From Candidatus Kaiserbacteria bacterium (GTDB lineage: Bacteria; Patescibacteriota; Minisyncoccia; Phycocordibacterales; Phycocordibacteraceae): DNA of 64,000 bases. Below the pieces are notes generated by a model. That model was not told where the DNA came from and did not search any database. It worked only from the letters and a program-made list of their open reading frames with translations. The position numbers were made by a program, and so were the translations under genes. Positions 8,015 through 19,742 of the stretch are shown piece by piece; within the stretch, counting starts at the first letter, position 1; the number at the start of each line of letters is the position of its first letter. The stretch covers positions 142,720 through 206,719 of the forward strand of contig JAHFMN010000002.1 in assembly GCA_023264445.1 (NCBI GenBank). The letters are read 5' to 3'.

Positions 8015-9940
8015 TTACATTCCTATCAACACTGGAATCACCATCGGGGCTTTGTTCGTGCGCGTGAAGAGGAATCCGGCCATGACATCAGTCAGATTAT
8101 TCTTCACATAATCGAGATCGATCGGGTTCATGCCCTGCGTCGAATCCTCAATCGTCTTCTTGATGAGGACGCGGCCTTCGTTGAGGAGATTCTGCGACTC
8201 GCGCAGGTAGACGAAGCCACGACTGATGATGTCCGGCGACTTACGCAGCTTACCAGTCTTGAGGTTGACGCTTGCGATGATGACGAACATGCCGTCTTTC
8301 GCAAGCGACTGGCGGTCGCGGATGACGACCTCCTGGATGTCGCCGATTGTGAAGCCGTCCACGACCATCGGCACCGAAGGTACTTTCTGTTTGTGTACGT
8401 CCATGCGCGAACCATCGATGATGTCGATGACCGTTCCGTTGTCGGGGATGATGATGTTTTCTTTTGGGAAGCCAGATTGCTCGACGGCCTTTGCATGACA
8501 GGTCGTCATTGAACGATAGCCGTAGGCGGGCATGAAGAACGGTGCATTCACTTGCTTGTTGATCCAGACGAGCTCGCCGGTATTGCCGTGTCCGGTCGAG
8601 TGCACATCTGAAGATCGATAGTGGATGAGGGTCACGCCGTGGCGGTAGAGATTGTCCTTCAGTTTCTGTACGGCGATTTCATTTCCCGGGATGACGGACG
8701 AGGAAAGCACGATGGTGTCGCGCTCGGAAAGTGAGATGTACTTGTGTTGCTTGGTCGCGATGCGCATCAGCGCGGCAAACTCTTCACCCTGTGCGCCGGT
8801 CGAGAGGATGACGATCTTATCCGGCGGATAATTGGGAATATCCTGCGCCGAGATAAGCGTGTCCTTCTTGATCGTAAGAAGGCCTGTCTTCTCCGCGATC
8901 TCGAGGTTGTTCCGGATGGAGCGACCTTCGGTGACGATCTTCTTTCCAAGCTTCTCTGCAGTCTCCATGATGTGAATCATGCGCTCGAACTGTGAAGCGA
9001 AGGTGCCGATGATAAGGCGGCCGGACACCGTCTTGATGATGTCTTCTAGCGTCTGGATGACGCGCTTCTCGGGAATGGAGAAGCCGTCCTTTTCGGCATT
9101 GGTCGAATCAGCGATGAAGAAGATGTTTTTATCTTTGGCTATATCGCCCCAGACCTTCTGCTCGCGTTCAGTCGGGACGCCATCATCGTGGTCGAGTTTC
9201 AAGTCGCCCGTGATGACGACGTTGCCCTGCGGCGTTTCTATGGAGACACCCATCGAAGAGGGGATGGAGTGTGTAACGGGAAAGAATTTCACGCGGGTGC
9301 TCCCGATAACGACCGACTGACCGACTTCGACGGTCACAATCTCTGATTTCGGCACGTCTGGGTACTCCTCCTGGCGCCGCTGAATCATGATCGAAGTCAG
9401 ATTCTGCGTGTAGATGGGCGGTGTGCCGAAGCGCGGCATGACAAACGGAATGCCGCCGATGTGATCGAGGTGACCGTGCGTGATGATGACACCCTTCACG
9501 CGGCTCGCATTCTTCTCAAGGTATTTCGTGTTCGGAAGGATATAGTCCACCCCTGGAGAAGTGTCTTCGGAGACGAACTGGAAGCCCGCATCGAAGACGA
9601 GAATATCGCCGGTGGCGCCTATTTCTACCGCGGTCATGTTGCGACCCACTTCTTCCACGCCCCCTAAGGGGACGATACGGACGGTAGTCGGTCCTGCTGG
9701 TTCTGGATAATAGTCAGCCGTACGTTGTACGCGCGAAGGCATTGAGGTTGGTCGGCGCAGGATGCGCTGGATGCGTCGCGAGGCGCCTCCGGGCCGCGCG
9801 GGGCCCCGAGAGGATGGAGGTCGACTGCCGCGCTCAAAACGTCGCGGTGGGCGACTAGCGTGCGGCCGTGCGGGACTTCCTCGCCGGTCGGGCATGCGGC
9901 CTGGAGCCGGTGCGGGGGCTGGTGCTGGTGTTGCATTCAT
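8015..9940 (-). CDS. rnj: ribonuclease J with Arg/Pro-rich N-terminal extension
   Basis: PLGGVEEVGRNM, THGHLDHIG, HSIP, DSTNA, TGAQGE and HSTGH (MBL/beta-CASP). Confidence 0.93.
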   Translation of the reverse strand: MNATPAPAPAPAPGRMPDRRGSPARPHASRPPRRFERGSRPPSSRGPARPGGASRRIQRILRRPTSMPSRVQRTADYYPEPAGPTTVRIVPLGGVEEVGRNMTAVEIGATGDILVFDAGFQFVSEDTSPGVDYILPNTKYLEKNASRVKGVIITHGHLDHIGGIPFVMPRFGTPPIYTQNLTSIMIQRRQEEYPDVPKSEIVTVEVGQSVVIGSTRVKFFPVTHSIPSSMGVSIETPQGNVVITGDLKLDHDDGVPTEREQKVWGDIAKDKNIFFIADSTNAEKDGFSIPEKRVIQTLEDIIKTVSGRLIIGTFASQFERMIHIMETAEKLGKKIVTEGRSIRNNLEIAEKTGLLTIKKDTLISAQDIPNYPPDKIVILSTGAQGEEFAALMRIATKQHKYISLSERDTIVLSSSVIPGNEIAVQKLKDNLYRHGVTLIHYRSSDVHSTGHGNTGELVWINKQVNAPFFMPAYGYRSMTTCHAKAVEQSGFPKENIIIPDNGTVIDIIDGSRMDVHKQKVPSVPMVVDGFTIGDIQEVVIRDRQSLAKDGMFVIIASVNLKTGKLRKSPDIISRGFVYLRESQNLLNEGRVLIKKTIEDSTQGMNPIDLDYVKNNLTDVMAGFLFTRTNKAPMVIPVLIGM

Positions 9941-10007
9941 ACGATGTGATTAGCTATTCGGGCTTTTAAAAATAATGATGTAAACCCGTACGAAAATAGT
10001 GCGAACC

Positions 10008-11747
10008 TTATTTTGCAAAAAACGGCCAGACGGCATCAGTCTCTCGATACCATGATGCGACTGTCGCGAAGCGATCTGCCGGGGTGATGATTTGCGGCAG
10101 GACGACACCGCGAAGATCTTTCGGCACCGAGTAGGTGAAGTCCGGTGCGTAGATGAATGCGGCCGGATAATCTGCGGCAATGATGTTCTCAATGCTCTGC
10201 AAATCCTTTATCCGCATTCCCTGGTCAGCAGTGCTGCGTGCATCCTCAAGGAGTGCGTCAACCGTTTTGTTCGCATACAGCGCGATGTTCAAGCCCGGAT
10301 CATTACGCTCTTGAGAATCCCAGAAGGCGTAGAGGTCTTGATCGCGACCGATGACCATGCCGTAGAGGAGCGCTTCATACTTGCGCGGTCGAATGACGTT
10401 TTGAGAGAGATCTCCCGGTTCGTATAGCTCAATATCAACCGGGATGCCGAGCCGCTCCCAATCCTCCTTTACTGCGCTCGCGACATTTTTCAATTCGGGC
10501 ACGTTTGAGGTGCGTATTGTGATGCGGTCGAGGGTCTGTTTCGCGCTCGCGTTTTTCCACACTCGATCGGAACCGTCATACGACCAGCCGTTTGACTGGA
10601 GTACAGCGGCCGCCGCGGCCGCCGGATTCTCCGATTGAGGAATCGGAACTTGCTTCACACTCTTGCCGGGTGGCACGGGCCCCATGATCGCTGTCGCGTA
10701 GCCGCCAAGCACGGAGCTCACGATGTCTTGCCGGTCGAGCGCGAGCGAGAGTGCTTTGCGTACCTCAGCGCGTACAAAGACCTGCTTTTCGCTCGGGTTC
10801 CAGAATACGCCGAAGACTCGCGCATACGGAGCGGTCAGTACGCCTTTCATCGCTATGCCGTAGGCGCTCTCGACTGCACCGCTTTTGACCGCAGCGGCGA
10901 GGTCTTCGGCGCGCGAGTAGAAGTCAAAGCGGATGCGGTCAAGATACGGTCGACCGAGTGCAAAATCGGGATTCTCGACAAGTGAGACATTCCGGATGAG
11001 TCCGGAAGCATCTCGCGAGACAGAAGCGACCTTAAACGGTCCCGCGCCGACCGGATTCGTCTCGAGCGTTGAAAAAGGGAATTCTTCGTTTGAGATCCGC
11101 TCCCAAAGCCGAGAAGGCAGTATGCCCAAGGTCGTGAGTCCAAGGAACGGTGCGTACGGCTTGGCGAGGACGAAGCGTACCGTGCGCGTATCTTGCGCAG
11201 ACACACTTACGCCGGACCAGTTTGCATACTCGGGGCTCTTGAGCGCAGCGTCTTGTGCTTTCCGCACCGTGAAGACGACATCGTTTGCAGTGACGGGCGT
11301 ACCGTCGGTAAACTTCGCGTTTTTCCGCAGCGTGAACGTGTAGGTTTTTCCGTCGGGAGACATCGTGTAGCTCTCGGCGAGCACGGGCGTAAGCGAGCCG
11401 GAACCGGAGAGCCCCATCAGCCCGGCGTAGACGAGCGTCGAGAGATCACGGTCGGCGTCGCTGATGGCAAGGAGCGGATTTATGAACTGCGGGCTACCGA
11501 TCTCGCCCTCGACAAGACTTCCGCCATAGGCGGGCACCTCCTCGAGTACTGCGCGCTGGAGCGCGTAGAGACCGAGAAGCGACGTGATGCCGAGGATAAC
11601 GGCGAACAGATGGAAGAGGAACCGATCACCGGGCGAGAAGGAGCGGATTCGCTCCCGCACCCGCTCGAACGCTTCTACACTCCGTACGCGCGCGAGCTTC
11701 TCTCGCCATAGCTCATAACGCTCGCGAGGGGCGTCATCGGGATTCAT
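10008..11747 (-). CDS. family-5 (OppA/DppA-like) substrate-binding protein, membrane anchored
   Basis: LAESYTMSPDGKTYTFTLRKNAKFTDGTPVTANDVVFT, PVGAGPF; N-terminal TM. Confidence 0.88.
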   Translation of the reverse strand: MNPDDAPRERYELWREKLARVRSVEAFERVRERIRSFSPGDRFLFHLFAVILGITSLLGLYALQRAVLEEVPAYGGSLVEGEIGSPQFINPLLAISDADRDLSTLVYAGLMGLSGSGSLTPVLAESYTMSPDGKTYTFTLRKNAKFTDGTPVTANDVVFTVRKAQDAALKSPEYANWSGVSVSAQDTRTVRFVLAKPYAPFLGLTTLGILPSRLWERISNEEFPFSTLETNPVGAGPFKVASVSRDASGLIRNVSLVENPDFALGRPYLDRIRFDFYSRAEDLAAAVKSGAVESAYGIAMKGVLTAPYARVFGVFWNPSEKQVFVRAEVRKALSLALDRQDIVSSVLGGYATAIMGPVPPGKSVKQVPIPQSENPAAAAAAVLQSNGWSYDGSDRVWKNASAKQTLDRITIRTSNVPELKNVASAVKEDWERLGIPVDIELYEPGDLSQNVIRPRKYEALLYGMVIGRDQDLYAFWDSQERNDPGLNIALYANKTVDALLEDARSTADQGMRIKDLQSIENIIAADYPAAFIYAPDFTYSVPKDLRGVVLPQIITPADRFATVASWYRETDAVWPFFAK

Positions 11748-11983
11748 GATCCTGCCAAGAGGAAGTTCGCTATTGCCGCGAGTACGAGCAGAACCGCAAT
11801 CAGGATAGTCGCGTTGAATAGGAACTTTTCAGCGCCTCTGCGCTTGTAGAACGTTGACGCGAAGTTGTCGCCTCCGAAGGCTCCACCGAGGGTCGCACCG
11901 CGCTGCTGAAGCACGATACCGACGATGAGGAGTATTGCGAGGACGATTTCCGCGTACGGCAGTGCCGATACGAGTGCCTCCAT
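11744..11983 (-). CDS. secG: preprotein translocase subunit SecG
   Basis: VLQQRGATLGGAFGG...RRGAEKFLFNAT; two TM. Confidence 0.9.
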   Translation of the reverse strand: MEALVSALPYAEIVLAILLIVGIVLQQRGATLGGAFGGDNFASTFYKRRGAEKFLFNATILIAVLLVLAAIANFLLAGS

Positions 11984-12086
11984 CTGTAATGTCAACGATA
12001 CCACGGACGCCATTATTCACGCAAGCGCCCCGGGGTACAAAAAAGCCCCGCGAATATCGCGGGACTTTGAATCGTCCGTCCCTTAC

Positions 12087-12659
12087 CTACAGGATGAGCA
12101 AACCTTTTTCTTTTGCACGTTCGACGGCCGTCTCGATGAAGCCCTTGGGCTTCTTGTGTCTGTCTAGCCAAGCACGTAGTTGTACTTCCGACGCGTACCA
12201 TCGAAGCCGGCGATTTGCTGCGAACCAGATGTAGACTCTCCCCAAGAGTCCAAGCAAACCTCCTGCCGAAAAGACTAGAGTAACGTGCAACACCCGGGAA
12301 GGTAGAAAGGGAAGAAGAGTTCCCACCGCAAGGATGCTTACGCATATGGCAACCGAATTCAACCACTCTTTTACTAGCTGTTGCGGCGCGTGCTCATCCC
12401 AAACAAGTTCAAATTCTGGCAAGATCTTCTCCTCAAGAAGGGCGTTTATTTCCTTGCTCACACCGTAGCCACTGAAATACAGATCCCTTGCTATCCCGCC
12501 GCAGAATATCCACGTGGCAATGAAAAGGAACATCAGCGCCTCCATTGTCCCCACCTCGAACGGCTCGAACACGATGAGAAGAACCCCGATCGTGATAATT
12601 CCGACACAGGCCGCTCGTAGATGCAGAACATATTTCCGAATCGCTTCGTCGTAAGACAT
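12087..12659 (-). CDS. hypothetical membrane protein
   Basis: 4 hydrophobic segments; SD CAGGAGG upstream; hairpin at ~12038-12068 downstream. Confidence 0.6.
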   Translation of the reverse strand: MSYDEAIRKYVLHLRAACVGIITIGVLLIVFEPFEVGTMEALMFLFIATWIFCGGIARDLYFSGYGVSKEINALLEEKILPEFELVWDEHAPQQLVKEWLNSVAICVSILAVGTLLPFLPSRVLHVTLVFSAGGLLGLLGRVYIWFAANRRLRWYASEVQLRAWLDRHKKPKGFIETAVERAKEKGLLIL

Positions 12660-12832
12660 GTGCCCTCCTGATAGGCAAGTTGTTGGAAGAAAAGGGCATG
12701 CACCCAGTCTGGGTTTTAGTTTGCATTATTATATGCATAAGTCAATAGTCGTTGGCTTGCGTAGAGACATCGTTTTCTCTATACTCCTCTCACGTGTGCA
12801 AGGGCGCGATTATTCATTTTATATAGAGTGTC

Positions 12833-13150
12833 ATGGCACAAAAGACAAAGAAGCTTTCGTTAAAGCCGCTTGGCGACCGCGTATTGGTGAAGCCCTCTGA
12901 AAAGGAAGGGGAGAAGAAGCTTGCTTCCGGCATCATCATCCCCGAGACGGTTGATAAGGAGAAACTCATGGCCGGCACGGTCGTCGCGGTGGGCCCGGGC
13001 AAGCGAAGCGAGACTGGCGAGCGAGTCCCGATGGAGGTCAAGGTGGGCGATGCAGTCATGTTTAAGAAGCCATGGGATGAGCCGTTTACGCTTAACGGCG
13101 AGAAGTATTTCGTGCTTTCCGAATCCGATATCAGCCTCATTCAACAGTAA
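12833..13150 (+). CDS. groES: co-chaperonin GroES
   Basis: LKPLGDRVLV, SGIIIP, GTVVAVGPG. Confidence 0.95.
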   Translation: MAQKTKKLSLKPLGDRVLVKPSEKEGEKKLASGIIIPETVDKEKLMAGTVVAVGPGKRSETGERVPMEVKVGDAVMFKKPWDEPFTLNGEKYFVLSESDISLIQQ

Positions 13151-14791
<1,641 letters not shown>

Positions 14792-14792
14792 A

Positions 14793-14840
14793 TAACGAAA
14801 ACACGCACGACGCCCGAGGGCGTCGTGCGTGTTTTCGTTA
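14793..14840. terminator. bidirectional terminator between convergent genes
   Basis: Perfect 23-bp inverted repeat TAACGAAAACACGCACGACGCCC / GGGCGTCGTGCGTGTTTTCGTTA. Confidence 0.8.
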
Positions 14841-15542
14841 CGGTTGTTCGTTGTACGTCACGATTTCCCAGCCGAAAGACGGCGAGAGGATTTTCCACGG
14901 ATGAAATTCGCAGATGGTGATGCCGCCGTTGTCGGAGGAGTTGAAAAACGAGAGCTTCACGTAATCCTTCGCGTGGAGCCGCTCGCGGTAGAGCATGTAG
15001 GCAAGCAGCATTTTCAAGAATGCATGGTGCGTGATGACGCACGTGCGTGCCTTCCCGCGCCACGCGAGATACGAGAGGCAGGCGCGGGCGCGCTTCTTCA
15101 GGTCATTGAAGTTTTCTTCGTCGGAGTGCCGATACTCATCGTCGTGATATGCGAGGTCCATCGCGTCAATAATGCGTATTACCTCGGGGTCGTCTGTTTT
15201 CTTCCCTATGATGTCGCTCGGATTGCGCCGTTCGGCGAGAAGCGGGGAATACGCGATAGAGGTGTGGAGCTTTTCATTGATAATGAGTGCCGTTTCTTTT
15301 GCGCGCTCGTAGGGGCTCGAGATGATCGCCTGCATGCGAAGCGGCGCCAAGAGCGTACCGACAGCCGCCACTTGCCGTTTCCCTAATTCGCTCAAGCTAC
15401 CCTCCGCACCTTGCTTAATATGCTCCGCATTCAGGAGCGTCTGGCCGTGCCGCACGAAGTAGAAGCGCCGCGGCCGCATAACGAATATAAGGAGAGCAGC
15501 AATAGGTACAACGATGAGCACGAATGCCGAGGAGAGCTGCAT
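14838..15542 (-). CDS. histidine phosphatase (phosphoglycerate mutase-like) with N-terminal TM
   Basis: YFVRHGQT..N, SSPYERAKET, VITH motifs. Confidence 0.85.
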   Translation of the reverse strand: MQLSSAFVLIVVPIAALLIFVMRPRRFYFVRHGQTLLNAEHIKQGAEGSLSELGKRQVAAVGTLLAPLRMQAIISSPYERAKETALIINEKLHTSIAYSPLLAERRNPSDIIGKKTDDPEVIRIIDAMDLAYHDDEYRHSDEENFNDLKKRARACLSYLAWRGKARTCVITHHAFLKMLLAYMLYRERLHAKDYVKLSFFNSSDNGGITICEFHPWKILSPSFGWEIVTYNEQP

Positions 15543-15579
15543 GATGATTTAGTATAGCTGATGTGCTAGACTCGCGGGG

Positions 15580-17061
15580 ATGAAAAAGTTTTTCACCCAC
15601 TATCTGCATCTGGTACGGGAAGCTCCGTTCAAATACGGTGCGCCCGTGCTGGTCGTAGTGCTCATACTCGGCTACGTATTCTTCGGCCGAGGCGGTTCTG
15701 CAGGTGCGACGTTCGTCGTCTCCTCGGGCGATTTTAGGGAGCAGGTGAGCGTCTCTGGTACGGTCATCGCCGCAAACGACGTGGATCTCGGCTTTGCCGC
15801 AAATGGCCGCATCGCCGGCACCTATGCGAGGGTGGGGCAGTATGTCGGCGCCGGTACGCTGCTTGCCCAGGTGGAGAACGGCGACCTTCTCGCCGCGCTT
15901 GCAGAGAAGCGCGCTGCGCTCGCCTCGCTGCAGGCGGGCACGCGGCCGGAGCAGCTCGCAATCAAGCAGGCAGCCGTCGCAAGCGATAAGGCGAAGCTCG
16001 TAGACGCCATCACCGCTGCTTACACCACCTGCGATGACGCAGTCCATAACAAGCTAGATACCTTTTTCACTAATCCGCGTACCGATCCGAAACTCACCTT
16101 TACTACATCAAATTCGTCACTAAAGACCACCGTTGAGGCCGATCGGTTTGCGATGGAGCCAGTGCTGAAAAGTTGGGCGCTCCTTGTCGCAAGACTCTCA
16201 GATGAGAGTGCGAGCGATGATGCGGTGCAGTCCCAGAAATATCTCTCGCAGGTGATGACGCTGCTCGCCGACAGCAACTCCGCTATCAATCAGGGCGTCC
16301 CGGACCCAACCGTCACGGCTTCGGTGCTTTCCTCATACGGGACGACGCTCGCAACCGCACGAACCAACGTAAACGATACCGCCGCCGCGCTCACAAGCGC
16401 GATGTCGGCGCTCACGGACGCCGAGAAGTCGCTTGATCTTGATCTTGCCGGCTCAACCTCTCTCGATCTCGCTGCCGCGCAGGCGGAAGTAGAAAATGCG
16501 CGCGCTGCGCTTGCAAAGACCTACGTCGTCGCGCCGTTTGCCGGCATCGTGACGCGCATGGACGCAAAAGTCGGCGAAATCGTCTCGCCATCGGAATCGC
16601 TTATCTCGATGCAGAGTGCCGGCGTCTTTGAGATTGAAACCTTCGTCCCCGAGGTCGCCATCGCGCGCATTGCTCCCGGAAACCCTGCGACGACGACGCT
16701 CGATGCGTATGGCTCCGCGGTCGCATTCCCTGCAAAGGTCGTCGCGGTAGATCCGGCAGAAACGGTGAAAGACGGCGTGCCTACGTATAAGACGACGCTT
16801 GCCTTTCTCGCTGCCGATCCGCGCATTCGAAGCGGCATGACAGCGAACGTCGTGATGGAAACCGGCATGCTCCATGACGCCATCGTCATTCCCGCGGGTG
16901 CCGTTGGTAGTAAGAGCGGCGAGTCGTACGTCTCCATCCTCGAGAAGGGCACGCCAGTCAATCGAACCGTCTCCACCGGCCCGTCTCCCGCGCTCGGGCA
17001 GGCACACATACTCTCGGGACTTTTTGAGGGTGATGTCATCTTGCTCTCTCCTGCGCCGTAA
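15580..17061 (+). CDS. membrane fusion/adaptor protein (MacA/HlyD-like)
   Basis: N-terminal TM, lipoyl halves, coiled coil, APFAGIV, RSGMTANV. Confidence 0.85.
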   Translation: MKKFFTHYLHLVREAPFKYGAPVLVVVLILGYVFFGRGGSAGATFVVSSGDFREQVSVSGTVIAANDVDLGFAANGRIAGTYARVGQYVGAGTLLAQVENGDLLAALAEKRAALASLQAGTRPEQLAIKQAAVASDKAKLVDAITAAYTTCDDAVHNKLDTFFTNPRTDPKLTFTTSNSSLKTTVEADRFAMEPVLKSWALLVARLSDESASDDAVQSQKYLSQVMTLLADSNSAINQGVPDPTVTASVLSSYGTTLATARTNVNDTAAALTSAMSALTDAEKSLDLDLAGSTSLDLAAAQAEVENARAALAKTYVVAPFAGIVTRMDAKVGEIVSPSESLISMQSAGVFEIETFVPEVAIARIAPGNPATTTLDAYGSAVAFPAKVVAVDPAETVKDGVPTYKTTLAFLAADPRIRSGMTANVVMETGMLHDAIVIPAGAVGSKSGESYVSILEKGTPVNRTVSTGPSPALGQAHILSGLFEGDVILLSPAP

Positions 17062-18314
17062 TGTTCTCGCTTCTTAATATTCGCGTCGGTTTCTATCTCG
17101 CTCTGCGGCAGTTGCGCCGCGCGAGCCTCTGGACCACGGGACTCATCGTCTTCGTGATGCTTCTCACGTTCTTGAATCTTGTAGTGGTGACCGGCATCCT
17201 CGTCGGGCTCATTGAGGGTATCAACGAGAGCTATCGCACACAGTACACGGGCGACGTCATCATTTCCGCACTCTCCACGAAGGACTACATTGAAGACACT
17301 CCGAGCGTCCTCGCATTCGTAAAGACGCTCCCGCAAGTATCCATGCTGACCGAGCGCTATCAGGCCGGCGGTACCGCGGAGGCCAATTACTGGAATCGTA
17401 CGTCAAACGAGAAGCCGAACGCGACCGGCGTCCAAGTCATTGGCATCAATCCGGTAGAGGAAGACGCCTTTACTAAACTCGGGAGCCACATCATAGAAGG
17501 GTCATATCTCGCCGAAGGCGACTACGACCAGATATTAGTCGGCAAATATCTCCTCGCGAAGTATGCATTCGGCGAACAGCCGGGACTCACGCCGCTACGA
17601 GACGTCAGCCCCGGCAGTAAGATACGACTCACGATCAATGGCGCGGTGCGAGAAGTGATTGTCAAAGGTGTGGTCGGAAGCAAGATTGATCTACTTGCAG
17701 CAAGCGTGTTTCTGCCCGCCGCCGAGCTGCGGACGATCATGGGCAGGAGCGACCAGAACGTGAAGCAGATAGGTATCCGGCTCACTCCCGGAAGCGATCC
17801 AATCGCTTTTAAGAATCTTCTGCTTGCAAGCGGCATTGGTGAGAAGGCAAAAGTGCAGACATTTGAGGATTCCATTCCAAACGGCGTTGCCGATATTAAA
17901 AACACCTTCGCCATGCTCGGGAACGGCTTCAGTTCCATCGGTCTCGTCGTCGCGGCCATTACGATCTTCATCGTCATCTTCATCAATGCCATCACGCGCC
18001 GGAAATTCATCGGCATTCTGAAAGGAATCGGTATTTCGGGCAGAGCCATCGAAATTTCCTATATCTTCCAGTCGCTCTTCTACGCCATCATCGGGTCGGC
18101 CATCGGCCTCGTCGTGCTCTACGGCGTTCTCGTGCCCGCCGTTGCAGCGCATCCAATTGATTTCCCATTCAGCGACGGCATCCTCGTCGCGCCCCTATTT
18201 GGCACGTCAGTGCGCATCCTCCTACTCGTGCTCACGACCGTCATCGCAGGGTATCTCCCTGCGCGGATGATCGTGCGCCGGAACACCCTGGATTCTATCC
18301 TCGGTCGCAATTAG
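17061..18314 (+). CDS. MacB/FtsX-like ABC permease
   Basis: 1+3 TM topology; RRKFIGILKGIG, GYLPAR. Confidence 0.85.
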   Translation: MFSLLNIRVGFYLALRQLRRASLWTTGLIVFVMLLTFLNLVVVTGILVGLIEGINESYRTQYTGDVIISALSTKDYIEDTPSVLAFVKTLPQVSMLTERYQAGGTAEANYWNRTSNEKPNATGVQVIGINPVEEDAFTKLGSHIIEGSYLAEGDYDQILVGKYLLAKYAFGEQPGLTPLRDVSPGSKIRLTINGAVREVIVKGVVGSKIDLLAASVFLPAAELRTIMGRSDQNVKQIGIRLTPGSDPIAFKNLLLASGIGEKAKVQTFEDSIPNGVADIKNTFAMLGNGFSSIGLVVAAITIFIVIFINAITRRKFIGILKGIGISGRAIEISYIFQSLFYAIIGSAIGLVVLYGVLVPAVAAHPIDFPFSDGILVAPLFGTSVRILLLVLTTVIAGYLPARMIVRRNTLDSILGRN

Positions 18315-18316
18315 CC

Positions 18317-18991
18317 ATGATTGAAGTAAAAAATCTCGTAAAGAGTTTCAAGGACGGCGAGCGCGAGACGCGGGTACTGAAGGGTATTAATTTCTCGGCG
18401 AAAGCCGGCGAGTTCATCGCCATCATGGGCCGCTCGGGAGCGGGGAAGAGCACACTCCTCTACCAGATGTCGCTCCTTGATGAGCCGACTTCGGGCGAGA
18501 TACTGATTAACGGCAAAGAGGCGCACCTGATGAGCGAGCACGAGAAGATGCTCTTCCGCCTTTCCGAGTTCGGGTACGTGTTCCAGGACTATGCGCTTCT
18601 GCCGGAGCTGACCGCGCTTGAAAACGTCGCTCTGCCGCTCATTATGCAGGGCGCTTCGCGCCCTGCCGCCGAGGAGAAGGCGACCGCCGCGCTCACGCGC
18701 GTTGGACTCGCTTCGCGACTTGGGAACCTTCCGAGCCAGCTCTCGGGCGGCGAGCAGCAGAGAGTCTCCATTTCCCGTGCCATCGCGCACGAGCCGGACG
18801 TCCTCTTTGCGGACGAGCCGACGGCAAACCTCGACCTGGAGTCTTCTGCGACGGTTATGGATATCTTCAAGGAGCTCCATGCAGCCGGGCAGACCATCAT
18901 TATGGTCACGCACGAGGAAGAATTCGCGCGATTTGCGGAGCGCGTCGTGAAGCTCGACGACGGAAATATCATTTCCGACCAACCCCGGTAG
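18317..18991 (+). CDS. ABC ATPase (LolD/MacB-like)
   Basis: GRSGAGKST, LSGGEQQR, ADEPTANLD, VTH. Confidence 0.92.
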   Translation: MIEVKNLVKSFKDGERETRVLKGINFSAKAGEFIAIMGRSGAGKSTLLYQMSLLDEPTSGEILINGKEAHLMSEHEKMLFRLSEFGYVFQDYALLPELTALENVALPLIMQGASRPAAEEKATAALTRVGLASRLGNLPSQLSGGEQQRVSISRAIAHEPDVLFADEPTANLDLESSATVMDIFKELHAAGQTIIMVTHEEEFARFAERVVKLDDGNIISDQPR

Positions 18992-19091
18992 GGAAGAAGT
19001 TTTACACAGGGGGGTCTCCGACCATCTTTAAATGCGCCATAATGGTGGGAGCGGACCACCACCCCCGCTTTAATCATCCTTATCCACCTGC

Positions 19092-19319
19092 ATGAAATTA
19101 CATGCTATAGAGTTCATCCTCGTGATTATCGGCGGCCTCAACTGGGGTCTCATCGGCCTCGGCGGCTTCATGAATTTCGACGGGAACGTCGTCCATATGC
19201 TCCTCGGCTCATGGCCGTCAGTCGAATTGGTCGTCTATATCTTGGTCGGTCTCTCTGCGGTCGGCCTCGGTGTCGGTCACAAGAAGGACTGCCGCGCCTG
19301 CAACCCTTCAGGGATGTAA
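19092..19319 (+). CDS. DUF378 family small membrane protein
   Basis: LVIIGGLNWGLIG...VYILVGLSAV. Confidence 0.85.
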   Translation: MKLHAIEFILVIIGGLNWGLIGLGGFMNFDGNVVHMLLGSWPSVELVVYILVGLSAVGLGVGHKKDCRACNPSGM

Positions 19320-19457
19320 GCCCGCGAAAGCCGGGCTTCCTCCCTATGCTTGCCTCGGACGAATCAAGTCAGAACTTGTTCGTCGCTCGGCTCGCTTGGT
19401 AGTAATTCCGCTTCGCTTCCGAATTGGAACCGCCGGCTTTCGCCGGCGGTTCTTTTT

Positions 19458-19742
19458 CTACATCTCGAGAAGGTAGACAGGGAGGAGGGCGGCAAGTCCG
19501 GTGAGGAGTTGGAGTCCGAGCACCTGAAGCGCTTGTTTTGGGGCTCGCGGGAGCCAGGTAAGGGCAAAAAAGGCGATTATCGGCACCTGCCCGCCCATGA
19601 GTATCTGAAAGAGATGGGCGGCCACCCCTTCATCTTCCTCATGCACGACGCCGAAGAGCGCGAGAAAGGTGAGCAATACCCCGAGCGCAGTGAGCGACAT
19701 CGCCATCGGAATCCACGCGCTCGGTCGCTTGAGCAAGTTCAT
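19458..19742 (-). CDS. small hypothetical membrane protein
   Basis: 3 TM; DEGVAAHLFQILM motif; hairpin at ~19427-19457 downstream. Confidence 0.65.
   Translation of the reverse strand: MNLLKRPSAWIPMAMSLTALGVLLTFLALFGVVHEEDEGVAAHLFQILMGGQVPIIAFFALTWLPRAPKQALQVLGLQLLTGLAALLPVYLLEM

Noticed and set aside
12660-12832. CIRCE heat-shock operator upstream of groES
   Set aside because: No TTAGCACTC-N9-GAGTGCTAA match seen.
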